NCBI GenBank assembly: GCA_963978095.1
Contig: CAXBQP010000002.1
Location: 32,001 to 96,000 of the forward strand
Source: an uncultured bacterium
Lineage (GTDB): Bacteria > Gemmatimonadota > Gemmatimonadetes > Gemmatimonadales > Gemmatimonadaceae
Length of the DNA: 64,000 nt
Direction of reading: 5' to 3'
A program made the position numbers and the translations under genes. Positions within the stretch are counted from its first letter, which is position 1; each line of letters opens with the position of its first letter. The notes below the pieces were generated by a model. It saw only the letters and a program-made list of their open reading frames with translations. It was not told where the DNA came from and searched no databases. Positions 27,974-36,631 of the stretch are shown one piece after another.

Positions 27974-29080
27974 ATGGCTGACGGCGCGGACTCCGAAGCA
28001 GAGAAAACAGAAGCCCCCACACCGCGACGCGCACAAGAAGCGGCCGATGAGGGGCGTATCCCGCGATCGCCGGAACTCAGTGTGGCGGTCGCCTTATTGG
28101 GTGCCGCCGCCACCGTCAGTGCCGTGATGCCGTCGATCTCGTCGCGACTGATGTCCCTGTTCGCGACGGGACTTCGCGCCATCGGCGATCACCCGGGCGA
28201 CTCCGGCGCCTCACTGGGCCTGCTTCAAACCACCGGTCGCGAGATGCTCACCATCGTCGCGATTCTCGGCGCGGGACTGGCCGCCACCGCGCTCTCGGTC
28301 GGCGCGCTGCAGGGGCGAGGGACACTGACGCTCATCCCCCTCGCCCCGAAGTGGGCGCGCATCAATCCGATGTCGAACGCGGGCCGCATGCTGGGGATGC
28401 AAGCCGTCGTGGATCTCGGAAAATCCCTGCTCAAACTCGCGATTGTCGGGTCCGCGGTGTGGAAGACCCTCTCCGCCGCATGGCCCGATTTCATGGACCT
28501 CTCGGCGCGCGATCCCCTGAGCCTGCTCGGCACCGTCCAGAGTTACTCGGTCAAGCTGCTCACGACCGCCGGGCTCTCGTACCTGGTGCTCGCGAGCGCC
28601 GACTACGGCTGGCAGTTCTGGCAGCACCTGAAGGGGCTTCGGATGACGAAAGACGAGGTCAAGCGCGAATCCAAGCAGAATGAAGGCGATCCGATGCTCA
28701 AATCGCGCGTCCGTTCGATTGCGCGGGCTCGCATCCGGCGCCAGATGATGGCCGCGGTCCCCAAGGCCGACGTCGTCATCGTCAACCCGACCCATATCGC
28801 CATCGCGCTCCGGTACGATCCGAACGAGGCGCCAGCACCAATCGTTCTGGCGATGGGCCAAGAGCTTATCGCATTGAAAATCAAGGAGTTAGCATTTGAA
28901 CACGGCATTCCGGTGATCGAGAACCGACCGCTGGCACGAGGCTTGCTTGCATCTGCGAGCGTGGGGCTCATGATCCCGGCAGAGCTGTACGCGGCTGTCG
29001 CCGAGATCCTGGCCTTCGTGCTGCGACAGCGTGCCGCTGCCGGCAAGCCCGTGACTTGGACCCGAACTCCTGACGCATGA
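27974..29080 (+). CDS. flhB: FlhB
   Basis: EKTEAPTPRR, EVKRESKQNEGDP and the NPTH autocleavage motif. Confidence 0.96.
   Translation: MADGADSEAEKTEAPTPRRAQEAADEGRIPRSPELSVAVALLGAAATVSAVMPSISSRLMSLFATGLRAIGDHPGDSGASLGLLQTTGREMLTIVAILGAGLAATALSVGALQGRGTLTLIPLAPKWARINPMSNAGRMLGMQAVVDLGKSLLKLAIVGSAVWKTLSAAWPDFMDLSARDPLSLLGTVQSYSVKLLTTAGLSYLVLASADYGWQFWQHLKGLRMTKDEVKRESKQNEGDPMLKSRVRSIARARIRRQMMAAVPKADVVIVNPTHIAIALRYDPNEAPAPIVLAMGQELIALKIKELAFEHGIPVIENRPLARGLLASASVGLMIPAELYAAVAEILAFVLRQRAAAGKPVTWTRTPDA
28879..28947 (+). promoter_or_regulatory. IHF consensus AATCAAGGAGTTA (28879) plus sigma54 TGGCACGAGGCTTGCT (28932) inside flhB, upstream of flhA
   Basis: Both match consensus, and local codon use turns AT-rich. 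Confidence 0.75.
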
Positions 29081-31158
29081 CCGCCGCAGCCCTGCCGATC
29101 GTCGATCCCAAGAGTGGACGCAATGCCGAAGTCGGCGCTGCCATCGCCATCGTGGGGCTCATCGGTCTGCTGATCGTTCCGCTGCCGCCGATCCTGCTCG
29201 ACCTGTTCATCTCGCTCTCGATCGGCATCTCGCTGGTGGTGCTGCTGCTGGCGCTCAACACCAGTGACCCGCTCGAGTTCAGCTCCTTTCCCTCGCTGTT
29301 GCTCCTGCTCACCCTGTTCCGCCTCGCGCTGAACGTGAGCTCCACCCGTTTGATCCTGTCCGAAGGACATGCGGGGCAAGTGATCCAAGCATTCGGGCAG
29401 TTCGTCATCGGCGGGAACTACGCCGTGGGACTCGTCCTGTTTCTGATTCTGGTGGGGATCAACTTCATCGTCATCACCAAAGGTGCCGGGCGCGTGGCAG
29501 AAGTTGCCGCCCGCTTCACCTTGGACGCCATGCCCGGCAAGCAGATGGCCATCGACGCCGACCTCGGCGCTGGGCTCATCGACGAAGCGACGGCGCGCCA
29601 GCGCCGTTTGGTGATTTCGCAGTCCGCCGATTTCTACGGCGCGATGGACGGTGCCTCCAAGTTCGTGAAAGGCGACGCCATCGCCGGGCTGCTGATCACG
29701 GCGATCAACATTCTTGGCGGCATCTTCATCGGTGTGGTCCAGAAGGGACTTCCGATCGGGCAGGCCGCCTCGACCTACACCATGCTGACCGTCGGTGACG
29801 GTCTCGTCGCGCAGATTCCCGCACTGATCGTCTCGACCGCGGCCGGCCTGATGGTCACGCACTCGAACGGCGGGAACCGCCTGGGGCAGGTGCTGGTGCG
29901 CCAGATCGGTGGGCAGCCCCGCGTGATGTACATGTCCGGCTCCGTGCTCGCGATCTTCGCGCTGGTGCCAGGGTTGCCGGCACTCCCCTTTCTCGCCCTG
30001 GCTGGCGGCTTCGCCTTCCTCGGCCGCGCCGCCGAGAAGCAGCGCGTCGCCCGGGAGACGGCCGAAGCCCTGGCGGCGGCGCCGGTGGAGGACGCTCCGC
30101 CAGTCGCCGATCCGATGCGCGACTTGCTCCAGCTCGACCCCATCGAGCTCGAAGTCGGTTACGCGCTGATCCCCTTGGTGGACGAATCACAGGGCGGCGA
30201 TCTCCTCGAGCGCATCGGCCTGCTGCGCAAGCAGGCCGCGGTGGAGTTCGGCATTCTGATCCCGGCCATCCGCATCCGTGACGACGTCCGACTCCCGGCG
30301 AGCGAGTACGTGATTCGCCTCCGCGGCAGTGAAGTCGCCCGCGGCGAGATCATGCCGCGCCACCTCCTCGCGCTCGACACCGGCGCGGTGATCGACGTGG
30401 TCGACGGACTCGAAACGACCGACCCGAGCTTCGGCATGCCGGCGCGTTGGATCGCGCCGACGCGCCGCAGCGATGCGGAGGCCATGGGCTACGTCGTCGT
30501 CGAGTCCACGACGATGATCGCCACGCACCTCATGGAGACCCTCAAGTCCAACGCCGCCGAGTTGCTCGGCCGTCAGGATGTCCAGGAGATGGTGGATACG
30601 ATCAAGAAGACCCACCCTGCGCTCGTGGACGATCTCATTCCGAGCAAGGTGCCGCTGGCCACGCTCCACCGCGTGCTGCAGCGCTTGTTGCGCGAGCGTG
30701 TGCCGATCCGCGATTTCATCACGATCCTCGAAGCGGTCGGCGATGCGGCCGACACGACCAAGGACCCGGAACAGCTGACCGAACACGCCCGCCGCGCGCT
30801 GGGCAATGTGATCGCGCAGCAGTACGCCGAGGCCGACGGCACGGTGCGCGGCGTCACCCTTGGCCCCCGTCTCGAAGCCGCGCTCATGTCGCTCTTCACG
30901 CCACGCGCCGCGCAGTCCGGTCAAACGATGATCACCCCGAACACGCTGGCGAATCTGCTGCGCGACTTGCAGACGCTGACCGCGACGAGTCCGGACGCGC
31001 GTCCGCTCCCGCTGATCGTTCCGCCCGGGCTGCGCGTCGGCATCCGTCGGTTCGTGGAGCCGGTGCTCCCGGCGCTTCCCGTGCTCTCGCTCGCCGAACT
31101 GCCCCCGTACGTCAACTTGAACACCACCGCGATGTGGGAGATGCAGCATGCGGCTTGA
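29077..31158 (+). CDS. flhA: FlhA
   Basis: RVAEVAARFTLDAMPGKQMAIDADL and FYGAMDGASKFVKGDAIAG. Confidence 0.97.
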   Translation: MTAAALPIVDPKSGRNAEVGAAIAIVGLIGLLIVPLPPILLDLFISLSIGISLVVLLLALNTSDPLEFSSFPSLLLLLTLFRLALNVSSTRLILSEGHAGQVIQAFGQFVIGGNYAVGLVLFLILVGINFIVITKGAGRVAEVAARFTLDAMPGKQMAIDADLGAGLIDEATARQRRLVISQSADFYGAMDGASKFVKGDAIAGLLITAINILGGIFIGVVQKGLPIGQAASTYTMLTVGDGLVAQIPALIVSTAAGLMVTHSNGGNRLGQVLVRQIGGQPRVMYMSGSVLAIFALVPGLPALPFLALAGGFAFLGRAAEKQRVARETAEALAAAPVEDAPPVADPMRDLLQLDPIELEVGYALIPLVDESQGGDLLERIGLLRKQAAVEFGILIPAIRIRDDVRLPASEYVIRLRGSEVARGEIMPRHLLALDTGAVIDVVDGLETTDPSFGMPARWIAPTRRSDAEAMGYVVVESTTMIATHLMETLKSNAAELLGRQDVQEMVDTIKKTHPALVDDLIPSKVPLATLHRVLQRLLRERVPIRDFITILEAVGDAADTTKDPEQLTEHARRALGNVIAQQYAEADGTVRGVTLGPRLEAALMSLFTPRAAQSGQTMITPNTLANLLRDLQTLTATSPDARPLPLIVPPGLRVGIRRFVEPVLPALPVLSLAELPPYVNLNTTAMWEMQHAA

Positions 31159-31972
31159 GACCTTCCGCGCCGCCGACTTGACCGCGGCGTTCGCCATGGC
31201 ACGCCACGCCCTCGGCGCGGATGCCATGATCACGCACTCGCGTGTCGTCCGCGAGGGACTTGGGACCGCGCACGAAGTCGTCGCCGCGGACGCCGGCGAC
31301 ATCCAGCAGTTCCGCCGACTCCTGAATCCCGAGCCGCCGCGCGTCGCCGCGCGACGCTCGGGAAGCGGGGGCCAGCGCCCGTTCGTGGTCTCGCTGATCG
31401 GGCCCACCGGTGCAGGCAAGACCACCACGGTCGCCAAGCTGGCGGTCAGCGAGCTCACCTTCGTGGGTCGCGAGGTCGGACTTATCTCGTTGGACACCTA
31501 TCGCGCCGGCGCGATCGAGCAGCTCGGGGGGTTCGCGGACGCCGCGGAGCTCCGGCTCGAAGTCATCTTCGAAGCGGCGCAGATCGCGGACGCGTTCAAG
31601 CGCCTCGCGGGCTGCGACATCGTGATCGTCGACACGCCCGGCCGCGGCCCCAAAGGGCAGGACAGTGAGTGGCAACGGATGCTCCGCCAGCTGGCGCCCG
31701 ACGAGACGCACCTGGTGGTGCCCGCCACCACCCGACTCGACCTCGCGCCACGGCTCCTGGAGAGTTACCGGCGCGTGCGCCCGACGCACGCGCTGCTCAC
31801 CAAGCTCGATGAAGTGCCCAACGATGCCGAGATCGCGCATCTCGCGGCTGCCCTGGAGCTGCCCATGCGCTACGTGACGGACGGCCAGGAAGTCCCTGCG
31901 GACCTGCATCCGGCCGGCCCCCGCATCTTCCCGACCCTGACCATCGCTCCGGAACTGTCGGCAACCGCGTGA
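31148..31972 (+). CDS. flhF: Short FlhF (SRP-family GTPase)
   Basis: GPTGAGKTTT, DTYR, DTPGR, TKLDE and GQEVP; follows flhA. Confidence 0.88.
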   Translation: MRLETFRAADLTAAFAMARHALGADAMITHSRVVREGLGTAHEVVAADAGDIQQFRRLLNPEPPRVAARRSGSGGQRPFVVSLIGPTGAGKTTTVAKLAVSELTFVGREVGLISLDTYRAGAIEQLGGFADAAELRLEVIFEAAQIADAFKRLAGCDIVIVDTPGRGPKGQDSEWQRMLRQLAPDETHLVVPATTRLDLAPRLLESYRRVRPTHALLTKLDEVPNDAEIAHLAAALELPMRYVTDGQEVPADLHPAGPRIFPTLTIAPELSATA

Positions 31973-32823
31973 GCATCCAAGCAGAGGAACTCCGCCGGTA
32001 CGTCGCCGACCGTCCCCCCGAGTCCTGGCGTGAAGCCTCGACCCGGACCGTTGTCGTCGGCAGCGGCAAAGGGGGCAGCGGCGCCTCCACCATCGCCGCC
32101 TTGCTCGGCATCGGCATGGCCGAGGCCGGGCGCCGGACGTTGCTCGTCGACGGCGACGACGCCATCGGCGCGCTCCATCATCTGTTCGGGATTCCCTCCG
32201 CCAGCGAGGCGTTGCTGCGCCAGGAAGATCCCGACAGCGAGATCATCTGGGTTGCCGACCGCTTGGCGCTGCTGCCCGGCGGCAGCGTCCGTCACCGTAT
32301 CGCATCGGTGCGCACGACCCCGGTGCAGCGGAGCGCCTTCTACCGGCGAATCATGCCGATGGCCGTCACCTTCGACGTCATGATCGTCGATGCCGGATCG
32401 CGACTCGACTCCGTGGTGGCCGCCACCAGCACGCACGCCGCTCGGTATGTCACGGTCAGCGGCATCGAACCCGCCGCGCTCGCTGCCTCCTACGCCTTGG
32501 TGAAAGCGCTCGCGCAACGTGTGTCCGACGCGCGCGTCGAAATGCTCGTGAACGGCCACGACGATGTCAGCGCACTCACGGCGTTCCAGCACGTCTCCAT
32601 GGCGACCGAGCAGTTCCTGGGTCGTGACCTGGGCTATGCTGGCACGATTCCTGCTTGCCAAAGCCTCAGAGGGGCCGTCCTTTCCGGACGCTCCCTCGAC
32701 CATGTCGACCCAACCGCCTCAGCCACGGCTGCGGCTCGCACCCTCGCACGACGATTGTTGAATGACCTCGACCGGGATGCCTCGGCACTCTCGGACACGC
32801 GACGACACCTACGGAGAGCGTGA
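31969..32823 (+). CDS. flhG: FlhG/FleN-like MinD-family protein with altered Walker A
   Basis: Between flhF and fliA, with GSGKGGSGAST, LLVDGD, IVDAG and SYALVK. Confidence 0.82.
   Translation: MSIQAEELRRYVADRPPESWREASTRTVVVGSGKGGSGASTIAALLGIGMAEAGRRTLLVDGDDAIGALHHLFGIPSASEALLRQEDPDSEIIWVADRLALLPGGSVRHRIASVRTTPVQRSAFYRRIMPMAVTFDVMIVDAGSRLDSVVAATSTHAARYVTVSGIEPAALAASYALVKALAQRVSDARVEMLVNGHDDVSALTAFQHVSMATEQFLGRDLGYAGTIPACQSLRGAVLSGRSLDHVDPTASATAAARTLARRLLNDLDRDASALSDTRRHLRRA
32640..32655 (+). promoter_or_regulatory. Sigma54 motif inside flhG, upstream of fliA (TGGCACGATTCCTGCT)
   Basis: GG-N10-GC with TGGCAC. Confidence 0.6.
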
Positions 32824-32827
32824 CGCG

Positions 32828-33589
32828 ATGGACGATACCAGCATCTGGACCCAGTTCGCTGCCGGTGATGAAAGCGCCCGTCAGCGCGTCCTCACCGAGC
32901 ACTTGGGGCTCGTGCACTTCGTGGCGCGCCAGCTCGCGCGCGGCCTGGCGTCCTCGGCCGAGTACGATGAGCTCGTGAGTTGCGGCACCATCGGCCTGAT
33001 GTCGGCGCTCGAGAACTTCGAACCCGACCGCGGACTCGCTTTCAGCACCTTTGCCGCTCCTCGCATTCGCGGGGCGATCCTCGACGAACTCCGCCGACAG
33101 GACATCGTCCCCCGTTCGGTGCGCAAGAAGTCGCGCGAGATCGGCGCGGCCCGCGAATCGCTCGCCCGGCAGAGCGGCGGCACGCCGTCCGACCGCGAAA
33201 CCGCGGCCGCACTCGGCATCGACCTGGAAACGCTCTGGCGGTGGGAAGCGGATTGCGAAGGCTCGGTGCACGTTCCGCTCGATCAGGGGACGTCGAGCGA
33301 CGACGAATCCACCGGACCGTCGCCCTCCGAGGTGCTCGCCGGGGCGGATGATTTCGACGTCGAGGAGTCCCTGACGTTCGACATGGAAGTCTCCGTTCTC
33401 CGCGAGGCGCTCCAGAAGTTGACGGAACAGGAGCGGATCGTCCTCACGCTGTACTTCTACGAAGAACTCAAGCTGCACGAGATCGCCACCGTCCTGGAAC
33501 TCACCGAGTCGCGCGTGAGCCAGATCCGCAGCAAAGCCCTTGGCAAGCTGCGGACCACCATGAAGCCGCTCCGGGAGCAAGTCGCATGA
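32828..33589 (+). CDS. fliA: Sigma28 FliA
   Basis: RIRGAILDELRRQD.VPRSVR and LYFYEELKLHEIA.VL.LTESRVSQI. Confidence 0.96.
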   Translation: MDDTSIWTQFAAGDESARQRVLTEHLGLVHFVARQLARGLASSAEYDELVSCGTIGLMSALENFEPDRGLAFSTFAAPRIRGAILDELRRQDIVPRSVRKKSREIGAARESLARQSGGTPSDRETAAALGIDLETLWRWEADCEGSVHVPLDQGTSSDDESTGPSPSEVLAGADDFDVEESLTFDMEVSVLREALQKLTEQERIVLTLYFYEELKLHEIATVLELTESRVSQIRSKALGKLRTTMKPLREQVA

Positions 33590-33966
33590 GCCGCGCCGAA
33601 ATGTCGCAGTATGCATCCAGTGCCGTCGCCAGCTTCTTCTCCCCCTTCGTGGTGCGTCGTCGCCGCACCGCGCAACGGACGGCCCATCGCACCGCCAAGG
33701 CGCTCGCCGCCACGGGGGCCGCAGTCGGCACGATTGCCCAGCGTACCGGCCTGCCGCGGGATGTCGTCGCGATGCTGATCGCGGGGTGCACCCTGCCCGG
33801 CGCGGTGCCGCGGAAGAACGTACCAGACGCGCCCAAGACGGCGGCAGCATCTGCCGCGTCCCACACCGCGCCACATGCCGGTGCTCCGGCGCATCAGATT
33901 TCTAACCGCCTGAAAAACAACAACTTGCAGAATTCAAATCGTGGCACGGGTGTTGCTCTAGCATAG
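33586..33966 (+). CDS. Small protein with an HTH-like segment; its 3' end overlaps the flgF promoter
   Basis: ATGA-coupled to fliA, with AKALAATGAAVGTIAQRTGLPRDVVAMLI. Confidence 0.5.
   Translation: MSRAEMSQYASSAVASFFSPFVVRRRRTAQRTAHRTAKALAATGAAVGTIAQRTGLPRDVVAMLIAGCTLPGAVPRKNVPDAPKTAAASAASHTAPHAGAPAHQISNRLKNNNLQNSNRGTGVALA
33841..33957 (+). promoter_or_regulatory. flgF promoter region: GCGGCA-N5-TGCCGC (33841), IHF-like AAACAACAACTTG (~33915), sigma54 TGGCACGGGTGTTGCT (33942)
   Basis: Motifs read directly from the sequence. Confidence 0.82.
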
Positions 33967-33986
33967 GGCAACATTCGGAGGTCACG

Positions 33987-34721
33987 ATGGGAATCGGCAT
34001 CCGGCCCACTGGGGTCGACAACGCGGCAGCAGCGCTCCGCTATCTGGAGCGTCGTCAGGAAGTCGTTGCGAACAACTTGGCCAACGTCAGCACCGACGGC
34101 TTCAAGGGGGAACGCGCCTTCGCGCGGCTCTTGGCCGATGGCAGCACGCCGACGGCAGAGACCGCCACGGATCTGCGGGCCGGCACCCTGACCACCACCA
34201 ACAATCCGCTGGACCTCGCCATCGCCGGCAAGGGCTTCCTGGTCGTGCAGACGCCGACTGGTGAGAAGCTCACCCGCAGTGGTGCGCTCCACATCGACGA
34301 AGCGCGCCGGCTCGTGGACGTGACCGGCAACCCGGTCCTCGGCGAGACGGACGCGCACGCTGGTGCCACCGCGCCGATCCTCGTGCCGGAGACGGTCAAA
34401 TCGCTCACCTTCTCGTCCAGCGGCGCCGTCATGGCCGATGGCACGCAGATCGGGAAGCTCCGCGTCGAGGACGTGCCCGCGGGCTCCAAGCTGCAGCACG
34501 AAGGGAACGGCTTGTTCACCGCGCCCGCCGGGCGCGCCGCGGTCGGCGATGCCGAACGGACCGTCCGCCAAGGAATGCGCGAGGAGTCCAACGTGAACTC
34601 CGTGGAAGCGATGGTCGACATGATCGCCGTCCAGCGCGCCTACGCCAGCGTCCAGAAAGTCATGACCACCATCGACTCGGCGCGCGGTATCGCGACCACC
34701 GAGCTCGGCAAGCCCGTCTAA
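33987..34721 (+). CDS. flgF: Rod protein FlgF
   Basis: VVANNLANVSTDGFK, NPLDLAI.G.GF, TRSG and EESNVNSVEAMVDMI. Confidence 0.9.
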   Translation: MGIGIRPTGVDNAAAALRYLERRQEVVANNLANVSTDGFKGERAFARLLADGSTPTAETATDLRAGTLTTTNNPLDLAIAGKGFLVVQTPTGEKLTRSGALHIDEARRLVDVTGNPVLGETDAHAGATAPILVPETVKSLTFSSSGAVMADGTQIGKLRVEDVPAGSKLQHEGNGLFTAPAGRAAVGDAERTVRQGMREESNVNSVEAMVDMIAVQRAYASVQKVMTTIDSARGIATTELGKPV

Positions 34722-34745
34722 TCCCGCTCCTCGAGGACGAGAACC

Positions 34746-35534
34746 ATGGATCCCGCACTCCGCGCCGCTGCCACGGGCATGATGGCCCAGCAGACCCGCA
34801 CCGAAGTCATCGCCAACAACCTGGCCAACGTCAACACGACTGGCTTCAAGCAGAGCCGGGCGCATTTCGTCGACCTCCTGTACCAGACCGTGCAGGGCGC
34901 GACCACCGTCAGCAACACCGACGCGACCATGACCCCCGCCATCCAGGTCGGACGCGGTACCCGACTGGCCGGCATCGAGCGCAACAACGCGCAGGGCGCC
35001 ATGGAGCAGACATCACGTCCGCTCGACATCGGGATCCAGGGCGACGGCTTCTTCCAGATCAACATGCCCAACGGGCAGCTCGCGTACACGCGCGACGGCT
35101 CGTTCCAGATCAGCGATCAGGGGACGCTCGTCACGAGCGAAGGGCTCACCGTCGCCCCCGGCATCAAGATCCCGAGCGATGCGTCGTCGGTGAACATCTC
35201 CTCGACCGGCATCGTCTCCGTCACGACCGGAAGTTCGGCGAACCTCACCGAGGTCGGCCGGATCGAACTCGCGCGCTTCGCCAATCCGTCCGGGCTCCAG
35301 TCCATGGGCGGCAACCTCTTCCAGGCGACGGCCGCGGCCGGCGAACCGACCACCGGCTTCCCGCAGGACGACGGCTTGGGCCGCGTCCAGCAGGGGTATC
35401 TCGAAGGGAGCAACGTCGAGATCGTGCAGGAGATGGTCGACATGATCAGCGCCATGCGCGCATACGAAGTCAACTCCAAGGCCATCAAGAACAGCGAATC
35501 GATGGCGGAAGTCTCGAACAACCTGATTCGATGA
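34746..35534 (+). CDS. flgG: Distal rod protein FlgG
   Basis: AATGMMAQQ..IANNLANVNTTGFKQSRAHF.DLLYQ, YTRDGSF and LEGSNV. Confidence 0.96.
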   Translation: MDPALRAAATGMMAQQTRTEVIANNLANVNTTGFKQSRAHFVDLLYQTVQGATTVSNTDATMTPAIQVGRGTRLAGIERNNAQGAMEQTSRPLDIGIQGDGFFQINMPNGQLAYTRDGSFQISDQGTLVTSEGLTVAPGIKIPSDASSVNISSTGIVSVTTGSSANLTEVGRIELARFANPSGLQSMGGNLFQATAAAGEPTTGFPQDDGLGRVQQGYLEGSNVEIVQEMVDMISAMRAYEVNSKAIKNSESMAEVSNNLIR

Positions 35535-35941
35535 ACTTCGGTGCCCGTTCGGTCGTGACCGCCCTCGGCCTTGCGCTGTGGGCCGGTCGAGCCTCGGCGC
35601 AGGAGCTCCGTGCCGCGCGCGATATGGCCCGCGGCACAGTGCTTGCATCTACCGATATCGTGGCGGATTCGTCCGCCGACGCCAAGCGGTACGACGGATG
35701 GATCACTCGCCGCATCGTGCGGCAGGGCGAGGTGCTCAAGGAGCCGGCGATCGGTCAGCGCCTGTTGGTGGCCACCGGAAGCCGGGTTCGGTTGGAAGCG
35801 GTTGTGGAAGGCGTCGTCGTCAGTCGGGACGGCATCGCGACCGCCGCAGGATCGTTGGGCGACAAAGTGCGGGTGCGCATTGACGCGCAGCGAGCAGTGA
35901 CGGGCACGGTCACGGGACCGGCGACCGTTCGACTTCCTTAG
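35531..35941 (+). CDS. flgA: Short P-ring chaperone FlgA
   Basis: Signal peptide, SAF-like RAARDMARGTVL and GSLGDKVRVR, between flgG and flgH. Confidence 0.8.
   Translation: MNFGARSVVTALGLALWAGRASAQELRAARDMARGTVLASTDIVADSSADAKRYDGWITRRIVRQGEVLKEPAIGQRLLVATGSRVRLEAVVEGVVVSRDGIATAAGSLGDKVRVRIDAQRAVTGTVTGPATVRLP
35632..35647 (+). promoter_or_regulatory. Sigma54 motif inside flgA (CGGCACAGTGCTTGCA)
   Basis: GG-N10-GC with TTGCA, ~310 nt before flgH. Confidence 0.5.
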
Positions 35942-35959
35942 ACTGACGATTGATCTCTC

Positions 35960-36631
35960 ATGACTCTCTCCCGCTCGTTCCGGACCGCTCAGTGCCTCGC
36001 GATGCTCGTCGCCATGCCGCTGGTGTCGCGTGCGCTCGAGGCACAGGCCCGTGGAGCCGCGGCGCAGCCCGCGAAGCCCGTCGTGATGGACTCGACGACG
36101 CTTGACACGCCGGTTCGCTCCTCGTGGACGTCGGACCGCGTGCGTTTCGGCGTGGGAGACATCATCACCGTCCTGATCGACGAACGCACCTTGGCGGCCG
36201 CGACGGTGACCGACAACGCCTCCGACACGCGCAACAAGTCGATGGGACTCAATGTGCGCCCGCCCGCCTCACCGACCGGCCTGACGCCGAACGTGAATGT
36301 CGGGATGGACGTCAACAACAATGGCACCTCCAACAAGAGTGGATCCGCCGCTCGGCAGAACACCTTCAAGAGCGAAATGAGCGTCCGCGTGGTCGCCGTT
36401 TCCCCCTCGGGCATGGTCAAGATCTCGGGGCACAAGACGGTTAACGTCGACAAGAACCAGCAGGACGTCGTGCTCAGCGGTTGGGTACGCCCGCAGGACA
36501 TCTCGGTGGGCACCAACACCGTGGAATCGGCACGAATCGCCGACGCCGAACTCAACTATGTGCAGAAGGGGGCGCTTGGCGCTCCGAAGTCAGGGATTGT
36601 GACCCGCGTACTCGGGGCGATCTGGCCGTGA
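35960..36631 (+). CDS. flgH: L-ring protein FlgH
   Basis: VGDIITVLIDE, LSGWVRPQDI, NTVESARIADA and a WP end. Confidence 0.92.
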   Translation: MTLSRSFRTAQCLAMLVAMPLVSRALEAQARGAAAQPAKPVVMDSTTLDTPVRSSWTSDRVRFGVGDIITVLIDERTLAAATVTDNASDTRNKSMGLNVRPPASPTGLTPNVNVGMDVNNNGTSNKSGSAARQNTFKSEMSVRVVAVSPSGMVKISGHKTVNVDKNQQDVVLSGWVRPQDISVGTNTVESARIADAELNYVQKGALGAPKSGIVTRVLGAIWP

